Shown here in pieces: positions 29,987 to 38,261 of a stretch of 64,000 bases of DNA. Position 1 is the first letter of the stretch, and each line of letters begins with the position of its first letter. The position numbers were made by a program, and so were the translations under genes. Source of the stretch: an uncultured bacterium. Lineage in GTDB: Bacteria; Planctomycetota; Planctomycetia; Pirellulales; PALSA-1355. The notes under the pieces are model-generated. The model was not told the DNA's origin, did not search any database, and saw only the letters and a list, made by a program, of their open reading frames with translations. The stretch spans positions 84 to 64,083 of the forward strand of contig CALJUG010000046.1 of NCBI GenBank assembly GCA_937975685.1. Reading direction: 5' to 3'.

Positions 29987-31246
29987 ATGAAGATCTTCTT
30001 TTCGGCCGGCGAGCCGAGCGGCGATTTGCACGGGGCAAACCTGATTCGCCAGTTGCGCGCGCGCCACGACGACCTGGAAGTCGTCGGCTACGGCGGCCCG
30101 GCCATGGCCGCGGCCGGCTGCCGGCTGCACACCGACCTGACGCAACTGGCGGTAATGTGGTTTCTGCGCGTGCTGTTGAACATCCACAAATTTCTGGCCT
30201 TGGCCGGCCGAGCCGACCGTTACTTCCGCCACCATCGCCCCGACGCCGTGGTGCTGGTCGACTACCCGGGCTTCAACTGGTGGATCGCTCGCCGGGCCAA
30301 GGCACATGGCATTCCCGTGTTCTATTACGCGCCGCCGCAAATCTGGGCCTGGGCTTCCTGGCGGGTGCGCAAGATGCGCCGGTTCGTCGACCACGTACTG
30401 TGCGCGCTGCCGTTCGAGGCCCGCTGGCTCGCCGAGCGCGGCTGCCGGGCCACGTTCGTGGGCCATCCGTTCTTCGACGAAGTGCGCGGTCAGAAGCTGG
30501 ACCAGGCGTTCGTGCGCGAGCACGACGATCCGCGGCGGCCGCTGGTCACGATCCTGCCGGGATCGCGCACCCAGGAAGTCACGCACAACGTGCGTCACTT
30601 TCTCAAGGCCGCTCGCATCATCCAGCAGCACGTGCCGCACGTGCGGTTCGCCATCGCCGCCTTCAAACCACACCAGGCCGAACTCGTGCGCCAAGCCGTG
30701 ACCGCCAGCGGACTCGAGACGCCGGTGTACGTCGGCCGCACGCCGGAGTTGATTCGCCTGGCCAACTGCTGCCTGGCCGTTTCCGGTTCGGTATCGCTCG
30801 AGCTGCTGCACCACGCCAAACCGACGGCGATCCTGTACAAGATTTCGCCGCTGGCCTACGCCGTGCAGCGGCAATTCCGCCGGGTGAAATACATTACGCT
30901 GGTCAATCTGCTGGCCGCGCGCGACGTGTTTTCCGGCGACCTCGCGCCGTACGATCCCAATGCGCCGAATGCGGACGACGCGCTGTTCCCCGAGTATCTG
31001 ACCTGCGAGGACCGTTCGGCACAACTCGCCCGGCACGTCGTCGAGTGGCTGCTCAACCCATCGGCCCGGGCGAGCCTGGTGGCGCGGCTCGAGCAATTGC
31101 GACTGCAAGTGGGCCAGGCCGGGGCCGCCGAGACCGCCTCAACCTACATTCTGGACGAACTCCAACGCCGCCCCCAGCCGGTGCCGCGACCGCACTATGT
31201 GCCCGCGACGCTTCCTCCGGCACCGTCGCAGCGAACGGCCGCCTGA
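29987..31246 (+). CDS. lpxB: lipid-A-disaccharide synthase
   Basis: AAGGAG sits 5 nt before the ATG at 29987. MKIFFSAGEPSGDLHGANLIRQL...VDYPGFNWWIARRAKAHGIPVFYYAPPQIWAWASWR is the LpxB signature. Confidence 0.9.
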   Translation: MKIFFSAGEPSGDLHGANLIRQLRARHDDLEVVGYGGPAMAAAGCRLHTDLTQLAVMWFLRVLLNIHKFLALAGRADRYFRHHRPDAVVLVDYPGFNWWIARRAKAHGIPVFYYAPPQIWAWASWRVRKMRRFVDHVLCALPFEARWLAERGCRATFVGHPFFDEVRGQKLDQAFVREHDDPRRPLVTILPGSRTQEVTHNVRHFLKAARIIQQHVPHVRFAIAAFKPHQAELVRQAVTASGLETPVYVGRTPELIRLANCCLAVSGSVSLELLHHAKPTAILYKISPLAYAVQRQFRRVKYITLVNLLAARDVFSGDLAPYDPNAPNADDALFPEYLTCEDRSAQLARHVVEWLLNPSARASLVARLEQLRLQVGQAGAAETASTYILDELQRRPQPVPRPHYVPATLPPAPSQRTAA

Positions 31247-31343
31247 AAAAGCCCGCGCCGCGCTGTAGAATTCAAGCGAGAGAGCGCGGGCCGCTTCGAT
31301 TCCTGACGCGAGCCCGGCCGCACCCTGCGAGGACAACCACGGC

Positions 31344-32093
31344 GTGATCTTCAGCGATCCCCCCCGCACCGCCTACGATCTGCACTTCAGCGTGCTGGGC
31401 ATTCCGGTGCGCGTCCATCCGCTGTTCTGGTTCGTGGCCTTCTTGTTGGGCATGCGCGGCGATCCCAAGCCGGCCGAGATCATCACCTGGGTCGGCGTGG
31501 TGTTCGTGTCGATTCTGGTACACGAGTTGGGGCACGCGCTCTCCGCGCGGGCCTGCGGCTGGGAACCCTGGATTACGCTGCACGGCTTCGGCGGGCTGGC
31601 GTCCTATCGCCCCAGCTACCACAGCCCTCGAAACCAGATTCTGATTACGTTTGCCGGGCCGGGCGCCGGGTTTCTGTTTGCCGGTTTGATCCTGGCCTTT
31701 ATTGCCGCCTCGGGACATCGCATCGTGATCGGATGGCCCGAAACGATCATGCCGGTGGACTTTGATCGCTACGCGTCGCGAAACCTCAACTTGCTGCTAC
31801 TCTACCTGCTGTACGTGAACATTTTCTGGGGCCTGCTGAATCTGCTGCCGATCTATCCGCTCGACGGCGGGCAGATCTCGCAAGAAGTCTTCAAGCTGGT
31901 GAACCCACGCGACGGCGTGCGGTTGAGCTTGTGGCTGTCGGTCTTCGTGGCGGCCGGTTGCGGCATCTTGGTCTGGACCCGCTTGCACGACGGGCTGCTG
32001 GCCCTGTTCTGCGGCTACATGGCCTATACGAGCTACACGACGCTGCAAGCCTATTCCGGCGGTGGCGGTGGCCATTGGGGAGGGTTCCGGTGA
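31344..32093 (+). CDS. M50-family site-2 metalloprotease (membrane)
   Basis: HELGHAL (HExxH) within a TM helix, NLLPIYPLDGG (the LDG motif), and a polytopic layout. GTG start. Confidence 0.8.
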   Translation: MIFSDPPRTAYDLHFSVLGIPVRVHPLFWFVAFLLGMRGDPKPAEIITWVGVVFVSILVHELGHALSARACGWEPWITLHGFGGLASYRPSYHSPRNQILITFAGPGAGFLFAGLILAFIAASGHRIVIGWPETIMPVDFDRYASRNLNLLLLYLLYVNIFWGLLNLLPIYPLDGGQISQEVFKLVNPRDGVRLSLWLSVFVAAGCGILVWTRLHDGLLALFCGYMAYTSYTTLQAYSGGGGGHWGGFR

Positions 32094-32905
32094 GCGGCAC
32101 GCTCGACGCCCGACGAGGCGAAGCAGAACCCCACGGGCAGCCCCGGCGGCGCGTCGTTCTGCTGGGTGCGAGCAACCTGACCAAGGCGATCGGCCCGCTG
32201 GTGGGGGCGGCCAAGAGCGCCTGGAGCGAGCCGGTCGACGTGCTCGTGGCGCTGGGCCACGGGCGTTCTTTCGGCACCAGCAGCCGGGTTCTGGGGCGAC
32301 GATTGCCGGGCATCGCCGAGTGCGGCCTGTGGCGCGACCTGGCCGCGGGCGGTCCGGGCAAGACCGCGGCCCTGGTCACCGATATCGGCAACGATTTGAT
32401 GTACGAACAGCCGGTCGAGCGGATCGCCGGGTGGGTCGAAACGTGTCTCGACCGTCTGGCGGAAGTCGGGGCCGACACGGTCGTGACGCTGTTGCCGGTC
32501 GACAATCTGCCGAAACTTTCGCCCGCCCGATTTCTTTTTTTTCGCACGCTGTTCGTGCCGACCTGCCGGGCCGGCCTGGAAGAGATGGTTGCCCGAGCCT
32601 ACGAAGTCGACCGGCACGTCGAACGCCTGGCGCGCGAGCGCGGCTTTGCCGTCGTGCGCCAAAAAGCGGAATGGTACGGGCTGGATCCGATTCACATTCG
32701 GTTGTTCAAACGCAGCGGCGCGTGGAGCGAGATCCTGGGCCACTGGCCCGATTGCGAGGCCTTGCGCGTACCGAGCAGCACGCCGCTGCAAACGCTTTAT
32801 CTACGCACGCGGACGCCCGAATGGCGCAGCTTGTTGGGCTTCGAACAACGTGGAAGAAAGCCTTCGGCGTTACTTGCCGACGGTTCGAGCGTGACGATCT
32901 ACTAG
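32090..32905 (+). CDS. SGNH/GDSL-like hydrolase
   Basis: The GTG start overlaps the M50 stop (GTGA, translational coupling). SGNH blocks: VVLLGASN (block I Ser), DIGNDL (block III), DPIH (block V Asp-x-x-His). Confidence 0.65.
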   Translation: MSGTLDARRGEAEPHGQPRRRVVLLGASNLTKAIGPLVGAAKSAWSEPVDVLVALGHGRSFGTSSRVLGRRLPGIAECGLWRDLAAGGPGKTAALVTDIGNDLMYEQPVERIAGWVETCLDRLAEVGADTVVTLLPVDNLPKLSPARFLFFRTLFVPTCRAGLEEMVARAYEVDRHVERLARERGFAVVRQKAEWYGLDPIHIRLFKRSGAWSEILGHWPDCEALRVPSSTPLQTLYLRTRTPEWRSLLGFEQRGRKPSALLADGSSVTIY

Positions 32906-33289
32906 GTCGAAACGATTCCGGCGCGTTCCTTGCTTTTTTCCCTGGTCGAATCGAATGCGCGTCCAACTTCAACGCGCGTTCGACGGTCGAAAAATGGTTT
33001 AGCGTCGCGCGCGACGTTCCTGCAATTGATCGCGCGGTTTTTGCGCGCTTGAAAGGTTCGAAAATTTTTCTTCCAACTGCCAGTTTCGTGTTGCACGATT
33101 CGATAGAATATGTACAACTATCGCCTAGATCTTTCCTGAACTTGGAGTGTTACAAGTCTTCTCAATGAAGACGCTCGCGTCTTCGAGAAGGCTTTCGTGT
33201 TTGTTCAGGGTAGGACTCGCTCGGAGCAACTTTGTGACTAGGATGTCACCGAGACGGATCTTGCCAAAACTTTTTTAGGAGGACGGACT

Positions 33290-33361
33290 GTGGCCAAGAA
33301 GAAGAAGAAAGCCGCTAAGAAGGCTCCCAAGAAGAAGGCCGCCAAGAAGAAGAAGAAGTAG
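33290..33361 (+). CDS. candidate 23-aa poly-lysine micro-protein MAKKKKKAAKKAPKKKAAKKKKK
   Basis: GTG at 33290 is preceded by AGGAGG (33277-33282, 7-nt spacing), and TAG lies at 33359-33361. 17 of 23 codons are Lys. GC hairpins follow. It is below the ORF-track size cut-off; I read it directly from the sequence. Confidence 0.5.
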   Translation: MAKKKKKAAKKAPKKKAAKKKKK

Positions 33362-33374
33362 GCACGATCTTCTT

Positions 33375-33396
33375 CGGCGGCGCTAAGACGCCGCCG
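33375..33396 (+). terminator. GC hairpin downstream of the micro-ORF (terminator candidate)
   Basis: CGGCGGCG-ctaaga-CGCCGCCG, 14 nt after the TAG. There is no clear U-tract, so it is only a candidate. Confidence 0.35.
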
Positions 33397-33435
33397 CCCG
33401 CTTGCTCAGCCAAGCGGAACTGAACACAACGAGAA

Positions 33436-33468
33436 AGAGCCGCTGGGGCCCCTGGCCCGAGCGGCTCT
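33436..33468 (-). terminator. terminator candidate downstream of apbC
   Basis: AGAGCCGCT / AGCGGCTCT 9-bp stem with a 15-nt loop, followed on the minus strand by TTCTCGTTGTGTT. It lies 62 nt past the apbC stop. Confidence 0.4.
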
Positions 33469-33529
33469 AGCTTTGCGCGGCTGGCTGGCGCGCAACTCCT
33501 TGCCAAGCCGTCGCTTGTGGCCGCCCGGC

Positions 33530-34597
33530 TTAGAGCGTCGGCAACGGCGATTCGCTGGGGGCCTGCCGCAGTCCCCGCACCAGGTTCTTGGTCATCGAGA
33601 GCAGGTACGGCGCGGCCGTGGCATCGTCGAAGTTGTTCTGCGTGGCGCCCGCGTCGCCCGAGGTACGGATGCCGATGTTGATGGGCACTTCGCCCAGGAA
33701 CGGGATGCCCAGCTCGGCCGCCTTATCCCTCGCACCGCCGGCGCCGAAGATATCGTAGCGCTTGCCGCAGTCGGGACAGACGAAGCCGCTCATGTTCTCG
33801 ACCATGCCCAGCACGGGAATGTTGACCTTGCGAAACATGGCCACGGCCTTGATCGCGTCCAACAGCGCGACCTCCTGCGGCGTGCAGACGACGACCGCCC
33901 CGGAAAGCGGCAAGAGTTGCGAGAGGGTCAAGGCAATGTCCCCGGTGCCCGGCGGCATGTCGATGATCAGATAGTCCAGCTCGCCCCAATCGGTATCGCG
34001 CAGAAACTGCGTGATCGCCCCGTGCAGCATCGGGCCGCGCCACACGACCGCTTCGCCCGGCGGCACCAGAAAGCCCATCGAGATGACCTTCATGCCGCCC
34101 GCTTCGATCGGCTTGATGCGGTTGTCGGCCACCTCGGGCCGCTGGTTGACGCCCAACAGGTGAGGAATGCTGGGACCGTAAACGTCGGCGTCCATCAACC
34201 CCACGCGACTGCCCGCTCGTGCCAGGCCGAGCGCCAGGGTGGCGGCGATGGTACTCTTGCCCACACCCCCTTTGCCGGACCCGACGGCCACGACCGTCTT
34301 GGCCGTCAACCCGATCTGCCCGATCTTGGGAACGGGGCGTGTGAGGCCGGTCACGTTCACCGTTACGTCCTTAACCGCCGGCAGCTTCTCCTGGATGCGG
34401 TGCACCAGTTCGTTGCGGACGTCATCCCCAAGCACGGCCGAGTGCGAACTGAGGGCCAGCGTCAGCGATACCTGCTGGCCGTCGACCGAAATGTCGCGCA
34501 CCTGGCCCGAGGAGGTCAGCGCCTCGCCGGTCTCGGCATCGGAAAGCCCTTCCAGAGCCGCGGTCACGGCTGCCTTGTCGACGTCTCCACCTGCCAT
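33530..34597 (-). CDS. apbC: Fe-S cluster carrier ATPase Mrp/ApbC/NBP35 family
   Basis: N-terminal DUF59-like segment, deviant Walker A VGSGKGGVGKST, and the CPDCGKRYDIFG (CxxC) motif. Confidence 0.9.
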   Translation of the reverse strand: MAGGDVDKAAVTAALEGLSDAETGEALTSSGQVRDISVDGQQVSLTLALSSHSAVLGDDVRNELVHRIQEKLPAVKDVTVNVTGLTRPVPKIGQIGLTAKTVVAVGSGKGGVGKSTIAATLALGLARAGSRVGLMDADVYGPSIPHLLGVNQRPEVADNRIKPIEAGGMKVISMGFLVPPGEAVVWRGPMLHGAITQFLRDTDWGELDYLIIDMPPGTGDIALTLSQLLPLSGAVVVCTPQEVALLDAIKAVAMFRKVNIPVLGMVENMSGFVCPDCGKRYDIFGAGGARDKAAELGIPFLGEVPINIGIRTSGDAGATQNNFDDATAAPYLLSMTKNLVRGLRQAPSESPLPTL

Positions 34598-34709
34598 TAC
34601 GACCTCGTCTGCTTGTGTTCATCGTTTGCGAGTACGAACTTCCAGTAGAACGAAATCGCCTGCCCGAACCAAGGGCCAACCGCGGGTTCCGAACCGTGGC
34701 ACGGCGAAG

Positions 34710-35153
34710 CTACTCGCGGGCGGCCGAGGGCCAGGGAAGCGATTCCCAGATTTGTGCCGCGAAGGTAGTGCGCGGCTGCGGAAGTCGGGCTGCATGACGC
34801 TCGGCCAGCCGGGCCACGACGTCGATTTCGCGCGGCGAGGTGGTGAAGTGCACGGCGCCGGCTTCGCGCAGCAGCCACTCGTGGGCCTCGAGCCCCCGCT
34901 CGGCCAGCGCCACGAAGCGGGCCATCGGAAACCGCCGGGTAGCCGCACCCAGCAGGTCGAGCATTCCGTCGACGCCGTTCTCGGGCACCTCGAGCGCGAC
35001 CAGACTGCGCGGTGCCTGGCCCAGTTCGGCCAGGCATTCCTCGGGCGAGCGCGTTTCGCGCAGGCGAAGTTCGGCCGGCAGATGACGCCGCAATCCGGCG
35101 GCCCAAATACCTGCTCGTTCCAGTACGATCACGCGCGGCGTGCTGGCCCACAT
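34710..35153 (-). CDS. stand-alone pseudo-receiver (CheY-fold, catalytic residues replaced)
   Basis: 147 aa, starting 8 nt after the upstream regulator stop. It aligns by eye to CheY: RVIVLER (DD to ER), LVALEV (phospho-Asp to Glu), FVALAE (Thr to Ala), HFTTSP (Lys to Ser). Confidence 0.55.
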   Translation of the reverse strand: MWASTPRVIVLERAGIWAAGLRRHLPAELRLRETRSPEECLAELGQAPRSLVALEVPENGVDGMLDLLGAATRRFPMARFVALAERGLEAHEWLLREAGAVHFTTSPREIDVVARLAERHAARLPQPRTTFAAQIWESLPWPSAARE

Positions 35154-35160
35154 CAGCTCG

Positions 35161-36537
35161 TTAACCTCCCCCCTGCTCTGCTTGCTTGGCCGACGGCTGC
35201 TCCAACCCCAATTGGACGAGCCGGCGATACAGCCGCGGCCGCGTCAGGCCGAGCAGCTTGGCCGCGCGGCTCTTGTTGCCCTTGGCACGGCGCATCGCTC
35301 GACCGATCAACTCTTTCTCGACCCGGGCCAGGAACTCCTCCAGGTCGACCGGATCCTCGCTGCGCGGACGCTGGGCGGCGGCGGCGCCCCATTGAATCTG
35401 CTTGGGCAGATCGCCGGGCGTCACGTCGCTGCTCTGGGCCGTTTCGTGGACCTCGCGCACGACGTCGAACAGCTCGTCGATGTTGCCCGGCCACGCGTAG
35501 GCAGCCAACACGTCGAGCGACTGGCTCGTGAACCCGGCCAGTTGGCGATAGCTGGTGGCGTTGATCTCCTCGACGAGCGCTTGGGTCAACAGCGGCAAAT
35601 CGTCGATGCGCCGGGCCAGCGGCGGAAGCTCGATCACCAGCGTGCTCAACGCACAGGCCAGCGCGGGCGAGAAATCGCCTGCGGCCAGAGCCTCGTCGAG
35701 TCCCGTGGACGAAGTGGCGATGATCCGCATACTGAGGGATCCGTCGCGCAGCATCTCCAACAGGTCTTCCTGCACTTCAGCGGGCGTCGACTCGACGTTC
35801 TCCAGAAACAGCGTGCTGCCCGGCGGCTGACGATCAACGCGGCTGCGCAGCGAGCGCAATGCCGAACGCACGACGTTCGTTTCCAGCAGCCCGCAGTCGA
35901 GCGGCACCAACAAGCCGGGCGCTTCCTGCATGTAGTGAATCGCCTTGGCCGCGTGCTCCTTGCCCGACCCGATGGGTCCAACGATCAAAGCGCCGGAACC
36001 GGAGCGGGCGGCCAATTCGACCTGGGCCCGCACGCGAACGATTTGCGGGCTGTTGCCGATGAGCCGGTCGGCCGCAAAGCGTCCGCCCAGACTCTGGCGA
36101 AAGCGCCGCACGCGCTGGTGCAGCAGGGCGTCGGGGCCATCATTGGAGTCTTCGAGCTCGCAGTCGTGAGCTTCGAGAATCGCGAGCACCGGGGCGCTTT
36201 CGTCGTCGCCACCGTCCAAAGGTACAAAGTGCCCGCGACGGTAGATGAGCCGGCCGTCGGCGGCCGTGCAACTCACTACGGCCGTCTGCGGCTCGCCGGC
36301 AAAGACGCGCGGAGGCGGACAGAGGCCCAGTGCGCCTGCCTCCGCGCCGGCTTCGGCATCCGGCGCATGGTACTTGCACTGCCTGCCGATGAGTTCGTCG
36401 ATTTCAACACGCACCCACTGGGCACACGCGGCGTTGCAGTAAGCGATGCGGTGGTCTTCGTCCAGTACGTACACTGGGGTCGACGCATCGCCTACCAGCC
36501 GGGCCAAGTCGGATGCGGCAGAAGATAAACGAGACAT
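35161..36537 (-). CDS. PAS + degenerate AAA+ (bEBP-like) + Fis-type HTH transcriptional regulator
   Basis: ATG at 36537 (MSRLSSAASD). PAS-like YVLDEDHRIAYCNAACAQW, Walker A GPIGSGKE, altered Walker B TLFLENVE, no GAFTGA loop, then AWPGNIDEL and HTH GNKSRAAKLLGLTRPRLYRRL. Confidence 0.8.
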   Translation of the reverse strand: MSRLSSAASDLARLVGDASTPVYVLDEDHRIAYCNAACAQWVRVEIDELIGRQCKYHAPDAEAGAEAGALGLCPPPRVFAGEPQTAVVSCTAADGRLIYRRGHFVPLDGGDDESAPVLAILEAHDCELEDSNDGPDALLHQRVRRFRQSLGGRFAADRLIGNSPQIVRVRAQVELAARSGSGALIVGPIGSGKEHAAKAIHYMQEAPGLLVPLDCGLLETNVVRSALRSLRSRVDRQPPGSTLFLENVESTPAEVQEDLLEMLRDGSLSMRIIATSSTGLDEALAAGDFSPALACALSTLVIELPPLARRIDDLPLLTQALVEEINATSYRQLAGFTSQSLDVLAAYAWPGNIDELFDVVREVHETAQSSDVTPGDLPKQIQWGAAAAQRPRSEDPVDLEEFLARVEKELIGRAMRRAKGNKSRAAKLLGLTRPRLYRRLVQLGLEQPSAKQAEQGGG

Positions 36538-36647
36538 GAAGATCTCTTCAGAGCCTGCCCCCCGCCCAACTATTAGCATAGTCGCCGGCTAGCTGTTGCT
36601 CCAGGATCATTCAGGCGTGGGGTGGCCAAGCACCGACGCTGACACGA

Positions 36648-38261
36648 CTATTGCCGGTCCGGCACTCGATTGGCGACCGACTTTTCGGGGGCGCCGTCAG
36701 CTTGACGGCGCTGTTGGTCGGACGATTCTTCCAGCACGCCGCGGGCTGCCTGACTGGCACGATTGGCTTGCGCGACCCAAGGACCGGGATAGCACCCGAT
36801 CGCCATCACGGCAGCAGCGCACAACGCCGTGGCCCAGGCCGGACCGCTGCCGCCGTGCGGCTCGAGCGAGCGGATGGCTGGCCGAAAATACATCACACCC
36901 ACCACGCGTAGATAGTAGCCGGCCGAGATGGCGGCATTTACGGCGCCGACGATCGCCAACGCGACGAACCACCTCCAGAGATGGCTCTCCTGCGGCACGG
37001 CCGCGTCGACGCCCAAGGCGCCGGTGAACAACGCGAACTTGCCCCAGAAGCCGGCCAGCGGCGGCAATCCGGTGAGCGAAAACATGAACAGCGCAATCGC
37101 GGCGGCCGTCTTCGGCGAATGGCTGCTCAGCCCGGCCAGGGCATCGAGCGAGTCGACGGGGCGCCGGTCGCTGTGCAAATAAGTCAGCGCCGCGAACGTG
37201 CCGGCCGTGGCCACGGCGTAGACCAGCATGTAGAACAGCGTGGCTCCCACGCCGTCGAAATTGTCGGCTTCGCCGGCGCCGCCCGCCACGGCAAACCCCA
37301 CGGCCAGCCCGATCAACATGTAGCCGGCATGCGCGATCGACGAGTAAGCCATCAGCCGGCGGACGTTGTTCTGCCACAGTGCCAGCAGGTTGCCCACGGT
37401 CATCGTGATCATTGCCAGTGCCAGGGCCATTTGCCAACCGAGCTGTTCGAGCCCCGGCATGGCCACGAACGCTACGCGCACGATCGCCGCCAGCGCCGCA
37501 ATCTTGGGCACTACGGCCAGCAGGCCCGCATTGACGTGCGTCGTGCCTTGGTAAACGTCCGGCGCGTAGAAATGGAACGGCACGGCCGTGAGCCGGAAGG
37601 CCAAGCCCGCGACGATCAGAATCAGGGCCAACCGCGCCAGCGGTAGCATCGCCGCGGCCTGCTCGTCGCCTGCGGCCAGCGCCTGGCGGATGTCGGCCAG
37701 GCTGGTCGACCCGGCCGCCCCGTACAGAAAGCTGAAACCGTACAGCATCAGGGCGCTGGAGAGCACGCTCAGGAAGAAGTACTTCGTGCCCGACTCCAGC
37801 AGATTCGTGCCGCGGCCCAGGTAGAGAATCACGTAGGTGGGAATCGAGATCAGCTCCAGGCCCACGAACAACAGCACGAGATCGCCGGCCAGGGCCACGA
37901 GCATCAGTCCGGCCAGAATCATCAACAGCGAGCCGGCAAACTCCGATTCCTCGGCCTCGGATGTCCACCGCGAAGCGATCATCACGAAGATCAGCCCGAC
38001 GCCCAGGATGGCAAAGCGGAACGACGTGGAAAACAAGTCAACGGTGATCGTGCTGGCGATGACCGGACCGTCGTCGCCGCCGGTCGGCAAGGGAGCGCTA
38101 TGTTGCTGATAGAGCGCGACGCCGGCGATCAGGATGGCGGCGGCCGCCATCCAACTCCAACCCGGCCGCCCCGGCCAGAACGCTCCGGCGAGGTACACGG
38201 CCGCGCCGAACAGCACGAGCACGATCTCGGGCATCAGCAGGATGACGGTCTCACTGGACAC
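36648..38261 (-). CDS. nuoN: NADH-quinone oxidoreductase subunit N
   Basis: 537-aa antiporter-like polytopic protein and last gene of the nuo cluster. Its start overlaps the nuoM stop. Confidence 0.9.
   Translation of the reverse strand: MSSETVILLMPEIVLVLFGAAVYLAGAFWPGRPGWSWMAAAAILIAGVALYQQHSAPLPTGGDDGPVIASTITVDLFSTSFRFAILGVGLIFVMIASRWTSEAEESEFAGSLLMILAGLMLVALAGDLVLLFVGLELISIPTYVILYLGRGTNLLESGTKYFFLSVLSSALMLYGFSFLYGAAGSTSLADIRQALAAGDEQAAAMLPLARLALILIVAGLAFRLTAVPFHFYAPDVYQGTTHVNAGLLAVVPKIAALAAIVRVAFVAMPGLEQLGWQMALALAMITMTVGNLLALWQNNVRRLMAYSSIAHAGYMLIGLAVGFAVAGGAGEADNFDGVGATLFYMLVYAVATAGTFAALTYLHSDRRPVDSLDALAGLSSHSPKTAAAIALFMFSLTGLPPLAGFWGKFALFTGALGVDAAVPQESHLWRWFVALAIVGAVNAAISAGYYLRVVGVMYFRPAIRSLEPHGGSGPAWATALCAAAVMAIGCYPGPWVAQANRASQAARGVLEESSDQQRRQADGAPEKSVANRVPDRQ

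Noticed and set aside
33234-33249. TTTGTGAC-taggat-GTCACC considered as a second CRP-type site.
   Set aside because: The left half is TGTGA, but the right half-site is offset (TGTGA-N8-TCAC), so it does not fit CRP spacing. It is kept only as a 5-bp-arm palindrome within the spacer finding.
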